A stretch of DNA of 64,000 bases from Octopus sinensis. Taxonomy: Eukaryota. Positions 23,300 to 37,672 of this stretch are shown here, in pieces; position 1 is the stretch's first letter; each line of letters begins with the position of its first letter. The notes under the pieces are model-generated. The model searched no databases. It worked only from the letters and a program-made list of their open reading frames with translations, and was not told where the DNA came from. A program made the position numbers and the translations under genes. The stretch lies in assembly GCF_006345805.1 (NCBI RefSeq), contig NC_042997.1, positions 56,110,001-56,174,000 of the forward strand, read 5' to 3'.

Positions 23300-23900
23300 C
23301 AGCATCACACCTACTGCACTTTCGAGTGGTTGGCGTTAGGAAGGGCATCCAGCTTAGAAACTCTGCCAGATCAGATTGGGGCCTTCTGGCTTGCCAGCCC
23401 TCAGTCAAACTGGCCCACCCATGCCAGCATGGAGAGCGACATTAAATGACAATGATGATTATATATATATAGAGTTAAAGGCATTAAGCACCGAAATTAT
23501 ATGTTAGTCTGCATGAGCACATATATATATATGGCCTCATGGAGGCAAAGTGACTGAGTTCCTTTCAAACATTGGGCCTCACAGAGGCAAAGTGACTGAG
23601 TTCCTTTCAAGTGTTGGTCTTCACAGAGGCTAAGTGGCTGAGTTCCTTTCAAGCATTAGGCCTCATGGACACAATGACCAAGAACTTGGGCATTATGTCA
23701 TGCTTGAGAAGAAGACCCATCAAGCAGAGAAAAATGAGAGTTGTGGCAGATACTGGTGTCATGCAAATGGTACATGTGCCGGTGGCATGTAAAAACACCT
23801 ATTACACTCTCTGAGTGTTTGACATAAGGAAGGACATCTAGCCATAGAAAACCATGCCAAATCAGACTGGAGGTGCAACCTTCCAGTTTACCAGTTTGCA
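23300..23900 (+). mobile_element. Two family C copies; the second has 42-bp tandem units at its 5' side
   Basis: Core and tail at 23300-23459. 42-bp units at 23533-23670 followed by a second core at ~23775-23900. Confidence 0.7.
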
Positions 23901-26900
23901 GGTGTGTTTTACTAAATCTCAATTAGGCCCTGGCCTTGTGAATGAAACTGAGTAGATTGAAATTATGAGAAAGCCCATTAGATGGCTTTTACTTAAAGTT
24001 CAATAGTACACCTTGAAACACATTATGTTACATTGACACTACCTGACAATTATGCTAAAGGTACAAATGCCTATGAAATGTTCCACCACTTATACCATAA
24101 GCCAATGGGCTGGTAACGTATTTGGTTGAACAACTGTAATAGTCATTGTTGAATCTAGTAGAGATTCATTTACATGTTTTTACATGTAAATGAATGTATG
24201 TGTTACAGTAATAAAAGTCTTACAAATTATTCATCACGCCAGTACTTCTTAATTCAAAATATAAAGGTTTAAATTGATTCAAAATGAATCTTTGAATATG
24301 TTAAAATTCACTTCTATCTGATTGATTGTTGATTATTACAAACTGCTTAATTTGATGAAAATAGTTTCATTTATTCAAATAAGACGATACAGATTAATTT
24401 ATATGATATTTCTGTGTATTGCACTACAGAAACATTGCTTAAGCAATATTTCTTTCAATGTTTTTACTGCTTTTAATCACTCCTGGTTAATGCACATCTT
24501 CAGTATAACAAAACTGCTTCTCAAAGTCTAACCCTCCTCTTCAGAATCAGAAAATACTTCAGCACCCTGCTCCATCCCACAACTGAACAGCTTTAAACTC
24601 TCAGCAGAGATGCAATGAGGTATTTGGCTGTCATATTTGGGCAGTGTTATTACAGAAAGACCACTGGACATAGGCATGAAGGCACTTATAAATATACTCC
24701 AACTTGTGCCTCTTTCTATGTCGTTTATAACACTGCTTCAATAGTTTCTGCTCTTCGGAACCAACTGATTCCACCGCCTCCACTTAGGCACTCCCAACTC
24801 TCTTGTCGCAAGTCTCATTCCCAATATCGTATTTATCTGCCACCCTCACACACTGCTCTAACTGCCCAGTCATTCTTCTCCTGAACATAGATGTTCTAGA
24901 ATCCACTCCATGCACATAATTTTTCCTGCAGCAATTGACTTGCAGCTGTTCAAAAACAATGTTAACAGCATCATTCTCACCAGTTGGGGACTGCAAAAGC
25001 TATTGGCATACAGTGCCTTCCTCTAGATCAAAACAATAAAAAAAAATTGGATTTTTCCAAAATAATTAATCTTTATATATTTGTGATCTCAATTCCATAA
25101 AGTATAAGTTAGTATGGTTGCAATAGAACTCTGTAATGTAAAATACTAGCTTGTTGGTCTGTGATAGGGCTAGCTTCCTCCTGTCTACTCTCAGGAATAT
25201 ATAATGACAATGTTTACTTTCTAACTGAGAGATTCTGTGGAATGAAAAAAAAATTAATTACTGTAATTTCACTTGAAGAGAAAATGCTGAACATTTTGTT
25301 CATGATGTTGCTGCTGATGTATGTCATTATATTCCAGCATCATGGAATTTTATCTCATATCATGTAAATGATGTTCTGCAATACTCTCATTAGACACTTT
25401 TAATAGTCAAACTTTGCAACAGTTGCATTAATGACCATTCAAAATGATAGCAGCCGTGTAAATGCTGAAGTGAAGGTTTTGTTCTTTACATAAAACCTTG
25501 TAGACAACATATGCATAATTTATAAGAATTAACTAATATGTCTATATTATAATGACAATAACTTGCATTAAAATAATAGCATAACTTGGAGAATAGATCT
25601 TTGACTACTTTGAACTTTGTCACTAGTAACTGCCCTTTGCTTTTTTCCCTCTGGTCCATCAAAAGTTTATTCCCTGTGTGGCATTGGCATTCTAGTCTAG
25701 TTGGATGTCTACACCTCTATATGAGCTTCTGTATTGTCACCTATATGTTTCACAATCCTCTTGTACAAAGCCAGTAAAACTTGTCTATTCCATTTACAGA
25801 CTAGTCCCCAGACACTTTCCCATAGACAGACAAATCCTGTTTTCTTATGTTCATCAGAGCTAATTGCTTTACTAGAACCAATGAAATAAAGTGGTATTTT
25901 GAAAGCACACTTTTTCTTTACATCCCACGAGTCTAGGTGCTATTACTAGTTAGTTTGCCCAATATCTATTGTGACCAATAAGAGAGAGAATCTTTTCATT
26001 GACAAACTGGTTAATATCAGTCATATTTTGTTGGCGGCAAAATTTGCAATAAAAATAGTTTATTACCTTTAACATATCTCTTAAATACCCTTTTAAAGAC
26101 TAGCCACTCAACAGCATGAAATAAACAAATAATAAACCTTTCACAACACAATTATTGCAACCTACCCAAGAATTTTATTTAGCAGCTATTTACCTTGTTA
26201 AGAGAGAAGCAAAGAGTAGTAAATTTTCAAATCTCATGCACCAAGTGGGTGTAGATTTAAAAACCATAAAATTACAAAGCAGTAATAATGGAGTTCATTA
26301 AAAAAGCATTGCAGAAAAAAGTTATATTTACTTAATGAAAATTTACAGAAAATAACATAGAAGTTGTAATACATGTGGTTGCTTAGAAAAGAGCAGCAGT
26401 AGAATAAAATGTAGCTTTTATTAAGCTAACCATTGAGACAGCCATAGAAATTTTGTAGAAATATTAGTGGTGGGGCAATTCAGAAGATAAAGAGAGACTA
26501 GAGTTGCTGGGGTGATTAGTGATAGTTATAAGCTATTCATTTAACAACAACAATCTCCGGATGAAAAATTAAAAGGGAATTGAAATGACATATACTTTCT
26601 ATTCTCCTGTGCTCTATTGAAAAGTGAAGTTAATTAATTTGATGTAGAGGCTTTTCCTAAATGTCTAATACCATATCTCTCTCCCTCTCTCTCTCTCCCC
26701 ACACACTTCCTACCATGTATTGTAAAGTTGGTAAATTAAGGATCAAACAATTGATAGCATTGCACTGATGTTTTCAGTGATATTTATTAATTTTTAATGG
26801 TACTTTTGCACTTATTTTGAAGTTATGTATACAGGGCCTATGTGGGGTTGGTTTTACTGTTTGGTGTCATTTGTTTTAAGCTGATTATCTGTTAATTGTT

Positions 26901-28889
26901 GCATTCACATGGGTGCATCTGGATGTTAAAACTGTCCATCAAATTGATTAAACACATTCTACAGTCCTGGTTTGAACATATCTTCTCTAACACAATAACT
27001 CTCCATAATCAACCTGTTTATTGCAAACAAGTGGGTAACAGTTCAACATTTACTATCTTCTTTTACTATTTCTTCATATTCTTAACATTAAAATACATTA
27101 TCTGTTTTCCTAATGTTTTGAAAATAAATTGAACTTCATTTAAGAAGCAAAAGTGCCTTTTTTCCCCTCATAATTTTCATTAAAAACTAATGAGTCTTGT
27201 TATATATATGCACGTATAGATATGCATGCATATATATAAAACAAGACTTTTATATGTATATATACATATTCGTTTATTCATTATGCATGTATGTTTATTT
27301 TGATTTATTTTTTAATTACTCAACCCATCCAGCATTAAGATAGCAAACTATGTTAACTTTTTGGAGGTCCCAAGGGATATTGTTTGAGGCTAGAAACAAG
27401 CAATCATATCTTTAAAAGAAACATAGAAAGGGGGAACGAACTTTTTGTTTTCCCCTGTTTTTTGATTTTCTTTTAAAAATTATAGCTATTTTGTGAAGAA
27501 AAAATGAAAATGACTGAAAAAAGTCTATTTTAAACAGATAATCACCATAGGCCAGGCCTTCTCACTTGTAATTTAGTTTTATCAAATTAGAGCTGTTTCT
27601 TTCTCTAGTGTATTACTGGTGTGGTTTGCAAGTGAGATGAGAAATAATGCAATGTAGAAGTTAATTAACATATTCTCTTCCCATTTGCATTAAATACAAC
27701 TATTTCTTACATATCAACACTGATATTGATGATTTTTTGGTATTTTTTATGTGGCAAAATTCACTAAGGATTTGTCAAAAGGTATTTTTCAAAGGTGCTG
27801 ATAATTTATCCAATGTCATTTTGTATATTTTCAGTTCTTTTCATTGATAATTTTGGTTATGTTGTGTGTGTATGTGTGTGTTTGAATAAATGTTATTTTC
27901 CACTAAACTGACAACAAAAAATATTTTGTAACTCTTTCAATTTGAAGAAATTTTTTCAAAATAGTTTTAAAATATATATATGTCGGTGTGTGTACTTAAA
28001 TTTTACTTGAATAATGTTTTCTGTGTGTGTGTGAGCACATGTGCATGTTGAAAAAGTGGGGGACAAATGAGCTAGCCAAGAAACAACAAATATCTCTCTA
28101 ACATTGGCACAAGGCCACAAATTTTGGGTGTGGAGTATAGTTGATTATATTGACCCTGGGAAGATGAAAAGCAAAAGGTTGATCTCAGTGGGATTTGAAT
28201 TCAGAACATAAAGAGATGCAATGAAATATCACAAGTCACCAACTACCATAAATTGAGACAAAATAATAAAACTAACAAATAATGAAAGTGTGTCACTTGT
28301 GACACGAAGGCTGAGCTTTTGAGGAAATGGAGTGGGTAGGAATAAATGAGTTGTATTAAACTTCATGCTTTTCCTGGTACTATAAACAACATATTAGAAG
28401 TAAAACATTTCTAGTTGGAGTGCAGAAGTGGCTTGCAGACCCCCCCCCCGTCTCTCTCCCTCTCTCTCTCTAACTATCTATCTATCTGCCTGTCTGTCTG
28501 TCTGTCTATCAAATTATCTGTTGTTCTTTAGCCGCAAATCTTACCCAGACCATTGGACCTATGATCAAAACTATTCCAGCACTTGACCATTCCATCTTTT
28601 TCTTTTTATTCAGATATAGTGTATCTTGGATTACGTTATCCAATTTTTACACCAAGTGAAATTAAAGTTAAGAGTTTGTGTATTTTTGAATGATTAATCA
28701 ATAAGTCTTCTATGCTGTAATTGATTTTGTCTCCACTCATGGTATCAGATCAAATCAGACAAGTGCATCTATAAAATGTGTCCTTTATTTAAGATGATAG
28801 GATGTAATGTTTGGCTTCCATTTCTTGCAAGGAGGACCCCTAATTGAACTTACCAGATAAATATGATTGAAATTTTACACATTTTACAT

Positions 28890-29120
28890 ATTTCTTTACT
28901 ACCCACAAGGGGCTAAACACAGAGGGGACAAACAAGGACAGACAAATGGATTAAGTCGATTATATCGACCCCAGTGCATAACTGGTACTTATTTAATCAA
29001 CCCCGAAAGGATGAAAGGCAAAGTCGACCTCAGCGGAATTTGAACTCAGAACATAATGGCAGACGAAATACTGCAAAGCATTTCGCCCGGCATGCTAACG
29101 TTTCTGCCAACTCGCCGCCT
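28890..29120 (-). mobile_element. tRNA-derived SINE, family B, with target-site duplication
   Basis: Head GGCGGCGAGTTGGCAG on minus, B box GAGTTCAAATTCC. TSD ttttac(a/c)cattttacata at 28873-28890 and 29121-29138. Confidence 0.88.
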
Positions 29121-30311
29121 TTTTACCCATTTTACATAATTTACACCATTAAAAAGGTATCACAACTTAATTCTTCAGCTATTTACTTGTCCATTATGGT
29201 TCTATTGATAATTGTTTAAATGATCAGCTACTTCCTGCTACCACTTAAACTATAACTGAAGCAGTTAAGTACATATAATGTTTTACTGATAGTCTTGTTG
29301 TGAATTCATATCTACTGTGAGTGTTTTGTTATGTCTAAGAGAAGAACATTTACATTCATATGCATCACTTCATTTAGCTATTGGGAATTGGTAGCAGATC
29401 TTCTGGGATCTTTACCTTCTCATGTCTTATTCAAGAGGGGATATGTCTCATAAGTACTAGCTTTATGAGCCTCTGTGACAATCATACTCACACACACACA
29501 CATGGAAGCATTTAACATTTTTATTGTTTATGAACACATCAAACACAATTCATATAACTATGCAGTTTTCCAGAGATATTTCATTCATTCTAATGTGAGA
29601 AAATTAATATAAATTCAGTCAAAGTTTGAGATTTAAAAACAAAATTTATATTTTCTCTTTAATTTTATTTATTCTTTAAGCTCCTTATACCTTTTTTGTT
29701 GTTGTTTATTAATATGAATTAAAGATTAAAATACATAATATTCAAATAAAATTGATTTATAACTTTGGCACACTAATGTAATTCTATAATGGAAAGGAAT
29801 GAGATTGTGTGACATTTATACCTTTCTCAAGAGTATTAGCAGTATAAGTTAAGTGAATTATCTTCAGCTGGGAATAGAAATCTATTTACAGAGAACTTAC
29901 ATGTTGCTCTACAATATTTGTTACAAATATTCAGATAAAATGAAACCTGTCTTATTTTTTGAGAGGCAAAATGGCCATATGGTCAAAATATTGATATTCT
30001 TACTAGCTCTTCTGTTTCTGCTCAAAGCCTGCAACAGATCATTTTTGTGTGTGTGCCTGGACAAAATTCTATTCCATCTTGGCTTTCTGCATAAAGATGC
30101 AAACAAATTATTAGCTGCGAGGAGGAGTCATCAACAATGTGTGTGTTCATCCGTCCTTCTTTTGTATTTATTCTAAGTTCGAGCAAGTCACTCACAAATT
30201 CAGTTTATTTGTTGATTAACTAGCTAAATTGCTAATTAGTTTCTTACCAAGGTTCTAAGGACTCAAAAATTATTCAGATAGGTGGTTTATGTATATATGT
30301 ATGTATATGTA

Positions 30312-30560
30312 TCTACATATATAAAACTGAGTGTGTGTGTGTGTGTGTGTGTGCATCACTAAAACTTGAGAACTACCCAACTGATTTCATTCAAATTTAC
30401 ACATGCCTTACTCAGGGTCCACAGAGTATCATGGGCCAAAGAAACTTTTGATTTCTTGCCTGATGCGAGCCCAGTGCAATCTCTTACACTGTTTCGTTAT
30501 TATGTGTCAAAAGTGAAACAATAACATCTCTACTGTAATGTGATAAAATAGTTTCAATTA
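30312..30560 (+). mobile_element. Possible non-autonomous Helitron/Helentron-type repeat (5' part)
   Basis: TCTA.ATATATAAAACTGAG start, internal (GT)n, then ACTAAAACTTGAGAACTACCCAACTGATTTCATTCAAATTTACAC. This layout is typical of microsatellite-bearing DINE/HINE-like elements; the 3' end was not identified. Confidence 0.4.
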
Positions 30561-30597
30561 TTACTTTTAAGATTATTGTCTTCCCTAAGCAATATCT

Positions 30598-30794
30598 TCT
30601 TTCTTCTACCTGTTTCAGTCATTGGACTGCAACCATACTAGGGCACCACTTTGAAGAGTTTTAGTTGAACAGATCAGCACCACTACTTTTTTAAAGTCTG
30701 GTACTTACCATGTTTGTCTCTTTTGCAGAACTGCTAAGTTAGAGAGACAAACCATCATTGTTTGTCAACCAATGATGAAGGGACAAACACGAAG

Positions 30795-30841
<47 letters not shown>

Positions 30842-31018
30842 ATATATATATATTATAACAGGCTTCATTCAGTTTCTATCTACTAAATTCTCTCCCAAGA
30901 CATTGGGCAACCTGGGGCTATAGTAGAAGATACTTAACCAAGGTGCCATACAGTGGAACTGAAACTGGAACCATATGGTTGGGAAGCAAACTTCTTATCA
31001 CACACTGCCACACCTGCA
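30598..31018 (-). mobile_element. SINE family A, diverged
   Basis: Colinear but degenerate match to 3213-3627. Confidence 0.7.
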
Positions 31019-34000
31019 CTTCATGATGGGGTGGAACCCAGAGCAACATGGTTACAAAGCAAGCTTCTTACCACACTAACAAAGTTCAAAAATAAATGTA
31101 GCCTCATACATTGAATGATATATCTTACAAAAAAATTAGTTCCCAGTTTACAGCAGGAATTTGCTTTCTCTCTTTCAGCTGCATATTTAATGTATAGACC
31201 ACAATGCAATCATTTATTTAATTCAATTACTCAAACATTTCATACTTTACTCAATGCTAGCACTCAGTACTTAATTTTCCAGAGTATTTCTCAAAGGCCT
31301 CCTACGAATTTACTATCTCCTGTAGCTTCTCTTCTATAATTTCATTCGGCTTCTAAGATGCATTATACAAATATACATCAACCCCAGTACTTATATAGTA
31401 TTATATCTTATCGACCCCCAAAATGATGAACAGTGTAGAGAATTGTAAATCTGACCAAAATTTACAATTCACAAAAATGTGTGATCACAGTTGAAATAGT
31501 TTCGTTTACATCTTCTAATGATCTAGCTATGACAAGTAGAAGTGACTATTGTAGATAATACATATGACTTGAGGTTTCAATTTAACCCTTTAGCATTCAG
31601 ATTATTCTGTCAAATGTAATGTTTATTTATTTACATTGTTTTGAATGAATCATGCATTATCTCATAGCTTTGAGATTTCAGTGATGTGATTGTATATTTT
31701 TAGAATGAAATTATAGGGTAGTTGTCAGAGGCCAGATGTGGCCAGTTTGAACTTAAAACCCAGTAGAATGTTTTGGCTGGATATGGCCAGTTTCAATGCT
31801 AAAGGACTAAACATCAAGGAAATGATATACATAGATAAGATTAATGTTACACATTAACTCAAAGTGAATACCATTGAAATGAAGGCAAACAATCTACCAG
31901 TTTGTAGATCTTTATATATTTCTGTGCAAGTACTCACATATATGTAGGAGGAAACATCCATGGTACTACAGAGTGTAGCTGGCTCTGGGATCACATTGTT
32001 GAGAAGCAATCTTCTTGACACTTGCTATATGTATACAGGTGTGTGTGTGTGTTTTCAGAAGGAAGAAGAAAGTATATGTACTGGAAAAAAGGTTCAGCAT
32101 TATTGGGTGAAACTGTTGGTTATAAAGAGACTTGATCTCTGAGCTTTTGGTAATAGCAATGCAGAGAGCTATACTGATTGAAGGTATTATCAATGAGCTG
32201 ATTAGTGGTCTGTATGGGAGTATCTGGTAAAAGTTATGTCTAAGCTGATGATTCCATAGTTGGTCTGCCACCCATTGCTATTCTATCCACTGTCATACCA
32301 CAGCCATGACATTATTAGAAACACTGTGACTCTTGGTTACATTACTTACTTCAACTGCTACACAACCTCATAACAACAATTTAGGGCTCTGACAACTGGC
32401 AATCGTTACTAACAATGACAGTCAGTCAGTTCTCTTCTAATACAAGTTCAAAAGTGGTTGTTAATACAGCCTTGGTTTAAGTTGATGTTTACTATGAATA
32501 GTAGGTATGTGTGCTGATGAACTAGGTTCATTAACTGAATTCAAATGTGATGACATTGGTATATTTATTAACACCAGTCTGACTAGTGTTAGACACTCAC
32601 TCAATCACAAAGACAAACTTCCAATTGGTGGATCTACAGAAGTAACATGAATATTAAAAAAAAAAATAGACATTCACTACAAAGGCAAAATTAACCTCTG
32701 CAGGAACCAAAACTATAAAGGATCGAATTAAATACAACTTAACAGTCACCTCTTACTCGATTGAAAATAAACATGAGCTATTTTCTCTAAACTGTTTCAT
32801 CTTTTTCTTTTACACAACTATGATTTAAAATGGATTACAACATACCAAATCTATATACTGCAGTTTTCCACTGGCCAGCCTGCTAGAAATAGTAACTATA
32901 TCTCTCTTGAATACCATCTTATTCTCTTGCAAAAAGAGGGATACATGAAGCATTTTCACCCTAGATATATAAAAATATGGGGTGTCTATGGCTGGAACAC
33001 CTTTGACCTCTATCAGGATTGACCTGGAGCTAAACAAGAAAATCGTAAATATCCCATCTATATGTCAAAAAGTGTGTGTGTGTGTGCCATTAGTGAAAGT
33101 TACACATCCCTATCAATACTGAAAAATTACTCCAGTTAGCTTTCACCAGCAGTAAATCCAAAGTAATAATCAATTTTTGGTCAACAGAATTGTGGTCCAA
33201 AATTAGTAGTGCTAAGAATATCTTCCAGGAACTTTTGCACTGCAGGAATGAAATGCAAGAAAAACCAATACTTATAGACATGCATGCTGAACCACCATAA
33301 CTGAGAATAACAATAAGGCACTAGTAACTGGTGTATTCTGTCTTTCAAAATTGCAAATATGATGGTCCCAGTACCACTGTTAACTTTAAAAGGTGCATAC
33401 TGTTTGTGTTTATGAAAATCATTGAAAATTATTCTGTAATTGAAGAGGCTTTATTAAGAGTGTGGAGGTTCCAGGCTTAAAAGTTTGGGTATTCCAAATT
33501 AGTAACTGCTATATATATAACATTACACAGTTGGAAAATGAGGAGCTCATCACACAATTCGTTTAACCTCTTCCTGAACTGTTTGATTTCCTCAGTTAGT
33601 GCACTGCTTGCCACACCATGGATAATTTTGTTATCTATTCCATAGCAATTTCTAAATCACAATAATCACAAGTGTGTGTGTGTGTGTGTGTGCTTATATA
33701 TATGTGCACACACACACATCTTTGTGTCTGTGTTTGTCCCCTGCTACCACCAGACAACCAGTGCTGGTGTGTTTACATCTCCATAACTTAGCAGTTCAGC
33801 AAAAGAAACTGATAGAATAAGTACCTGGCTTTAGAAGAAAGTGTTGGGGTTGATGCATCATCATCATCGTTTAATGTCCACCTTCCATACTAGCATGGGT
33901 GATTCACCTAAAATTTCAAGGCAGTGCTCCAGCATGGCTGCAGTCAAATGACTGAAACAAGTAAAAGATAAAATATAATGAATTGTCAACTTATATTTCT

Positions 34001-34378
34001 TGAAATTTGCTCCCTTGCATTTTGGAAGGGGGTAGGAAGTCTTTGTCTATTCATTTGTTTGTTTAACATCCATTCTTCTATGCTTGTATGACCTGGACAG
34101 AAAACTGATTTTGAGGCAGGATTTTATGGCTAGCTGCTTTTTCTGTTACCAACCCTCACCTGATTTTTCAGGTAACAGGTTTTTATATTCCACAAGTCTT
34201 CAAAAACACAAAACTGATGGTCATAATCACTAGCATAGGTAGAGTGTGTGCCGTCTGGGACAACACTTCCATTTGCCACCCCGGGTCCCCATGAAACATA
34301 TATTACCTTCAGTAGACCCATAAGTACTGCCCCATTAAAAGTACCACCCCCATAATGTCAACAAGAAATATTAATATC

Positions 34379-34571
34379 GTGCCGGTGGCACGTAAAAAGC
34401 ACCCACTAATCTCACGTAGTGGTTGGCGTTAGGAAGGGCATCCAGCCGTAGAAACATTGCCAGATCAGACTGGGCCTGGTGCAGCCTTCTGGCTTCCCAG
34501 ACCCCAGTTGAACCATCCAACCCATGCTAGCATGGAAAGCGGACGCTAAACGATGATGAAACGATGATGAT
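34379..34571 (+). mobile_element. Repeat family C
   Basis: Matches 10271-10456. Confidence 0.8.
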
Positions 34572-35590
34572 CATGAGCAATGCTATTCTTACATGGTGAC
34601 AAATGAAATATCAAGACACACATTCATTTGCACATTTACATACAATATGATGAGCTTCATACAGTTTCTGTCTACCAAATTTACTCACAAAGCATTGAGC
34701 TGCCCTGGGCAATAGTAGAAGACATTTGCCCAAGGAAATGAACTCAAAACTAGATGATTGTAAACTAAACTTCTTAATCACACAGCCCTATCTGTACCTA
34801 TTATGTTTTTTATAATGATTTTCTTAGTAATCAAAGATGCTTACTATGGTTACTTCATCTTTATCATCTGAAAGTCATTATCTTCATTGTCATTGTATGT
34901 CTGTCATCATCATCTATCCATTCCCATAGTGTCATCTGCTGCAGGAGTTCCAACCTCTTATTTCCACCTCATCAACCATTCTTCATTCTAGCAATGTAGC
35001 AATGATGTTTGCTGCTGCTCCCTTCAGTGATGTCCAGAGGCCCTCTGGTTATATTTATCTTCGTTAATGTCTGTATAGCATGTGTCACAGCAGGATTCTT
35101 ATCCATCTGCAGACATAGGTTGCAAGAATAAAGCTAGGAGAAGATTTTACCATTAATTACCACCCACTGAGGGTCAGTGTGACCAGAATAGCAATAGTAT
35201 TTGAGTTATCATAATTATCTTCACTATCAGCTTTCTTTTTTTTCTTTTCTTTTTCTCTTTCTTTTTAAGCTAGTATGACTAGAATAATTCCCAAATATAA
35301 GAGTTTTACTAATAAAGGTCATGATGCAATTTCGTATTTTCTACCAAGCTATGTATAAAATCTATGTTAACTACTTTTTGAAATTAAATGAAAGCATATT
35401 ATTAAATAATATTTAATCATAATTATTAATCCAACAAAATGTATATTCTCTTTTGCCTGTGGCTCATAAAATATTAACTAACTGGTAAAACTTGATAAAA
35501 TTGTATCTGCCCTTTTTTAAATTCACAACTACCAATATGGGTCACTTTTGGGCCAATTTTTCACCCTTTTATTTACTTATTCACTTGTTC

Positions 35591-35622
<32 letters not shown>

Positions 35623-37013
35623 CTGTGTGTGGTTTGCTTAACTTCACTATCTTGAACATCTCTTTCACATCATTCACCATAAGTTACATTTTTAGTTTCC
35701 TTCCAACATTGCGCTGTATTTCTCTGAGATGATGTTTCATCAACTTTATCAATAATAGATAGCCTCATATAGCAATATTTAAATTTTTTTCTCATAAAAT
35801 TCAATCAACATTTTTACACTTTATTAACTTTACAATCTATATTGCAAAGAATATTAAAGTGATATAATATTATGATATAAAAATATTATGATATAGAAAG
35901 GTAGTGGGGAATTTGTGGAGAAAAAATATATTTTAAGCCTCCCAAACTATGTTATTTAATGAATATGAAATAAGAGAATTTTATTTCCTCTCAAAACCTA
36001 AATAAAAACAATTCAAAATAGAACATGAAACAAACTTTAATAGATTTCATTTCTGATAGTCATTTAAATTTAGGTGCAACAGCTCTAAAAAGAAATTACA
36101 CTTACTTCTTCAAGAATAACATAAATTTATACTAATACTCCCATTGTGTGGGTGTGTGTGTGCATGTGCGATTTCGTCTTTTTCTTTTAAATTTTGGCTT
36201 TTCTTTTGTTTTTTTTTTGCTTTTATTGCTTGATTAAGTTGAAATCTCAAATACCTAATAGCAATCACTTAACATTAACTCATTTATATACGTGTGTGTG
36301 CATGCTTTACTTAAGATACCAGATGTGTTTATTAAGTAGATAGATATACTGGAATGAAATGCAAAGTAGATTTTTGTTCAAATCTTGTATTAGTGTTTAG
36401 GAGCCATATTAAATATTTCATTGATTTTTCATAATTTATAGTTTAGAGATATCAGGGGAAAAGCCCTCCAGTAGCGACATATGAATGCATTCCGAATTTT
36501 CTTCTATTCTCCATCCTATAATTGTTTGTGTTCACTCCATCTATCTATCTCTCTATCTATTTATCTATCTATCTATCTATCTATTTATCTGTCTGTTTGT
36601 CTATCTATCTGCTTATCTGTCTATCTTCCTCTCTCATCTAAATATTATGTGAATTGACATTTTCTGCTCATCATCATTTGGTTTTCACTTTCTTCTCAAC
36701 TTCCTTTCTGTCTTCAACAAAAAGAATGTTTCCCTACAGAGATTTAGTCTTGCTATACAACAAATACATTTGATTTTCAGGCAGCATGCAGCCTACCCCT
36801 TTTTTTTTTCTTTGCTTCTTCATTTTCTTTTTCATTTTCTTCATCATCGTTGTCATCATCATCTTTTTCTTCTCCTTCTTCTATGACTCAAGCTCCATTG
36901 CTACCAAGTTGTCTGGCCTTCAGATGAGCTTTATAAGAAAGAAATAGATTGACAATTTCTTGTGAAAATCTTCAAATCCCTCCCTTGTATTGTCACTGCA
37001 GGAGCTTCTATGC

Positions 37014-37096
37014 ATGCAAATGTGCTGAATCCCTGGGGAATGTAAATTCTCTGGGAGGGAAGCCATCAGCTTGGCACAAGTTCACATCTCCTGGGG
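37014..37096. promoter_or_regulatory. Candidate intronic enhancer: octamer plus COE/EBF-type sites
   Basis: ATGCAAAT at 37014-37021; perfect TCCCNNGGGA (TCCCTGGGGA) at 37030-37039; two 2-mismatch sites at 37047-37056 and 37087-37096. Lies in a locally GC-richer stretch I do not recognise as a repeat. Confidence 0.35.
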
Positions 37097-37558
37097 GCAG
37101 ATTGTCTGTTGTCTAACATAGGATGCTGAGAGGTGGAGTGGTAGTCTTTGGTCATTTGGGCACTGGCTATTTGATATGACAGACAGGAATGATAATTAGA
37201 TACATGCGAATGTAAGTAGAAAGACAGTAAGAAAGAGGTTAGAGAGAGAGAGGAAAGGAGAGCTGTAACAAACTTCAGCTATGGAACTCTATGAAGAGCA
37301 GCAGTTATGAAGCTTGTAAGAAATCTACAAAAATAAAAAATAAAAAACAATACCACCATCAACCGTTTGATAAAATATGTTTACAATATGTCCATCTTGA
37401 AATTTTAGTATTTTCCCATTTTTGATTTCTCCATCAACATTACATTTCTCACTTCTAATTTCTGTTTTCCATATCCCATTTCTCACCTGCTTTTTGACCT
37501 TTTCATACATTCCACTCTTATTTTCACACCTTACCTGCCTTTTTCTTTATGCTTTGCT

Positions 37559-37672
<114 letters not shown>

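Noticed and set aside
22726-23339. Hydrophobic S/L/F/P-rich ORFs (also 37422-37757, 40643-40921, 42722-43030)
   Set aside because: Arise from pyrimidine-rich low-complexity tracts; no domain or splice support.
23533-23670. CRISPR-like repeat array
   Set aside because: The units are directly tandem with no unique spacers, the context is eukaryotic, and there are no cas genes.
24520-25000. Possible piggyBac-like transposase C-terminal remnant on the minus strand
   Set aside because: Only vague resemblance (MFRRRMTGQL, KQCYKR) across shifting frames, with no TIR or TTAA TSD found.
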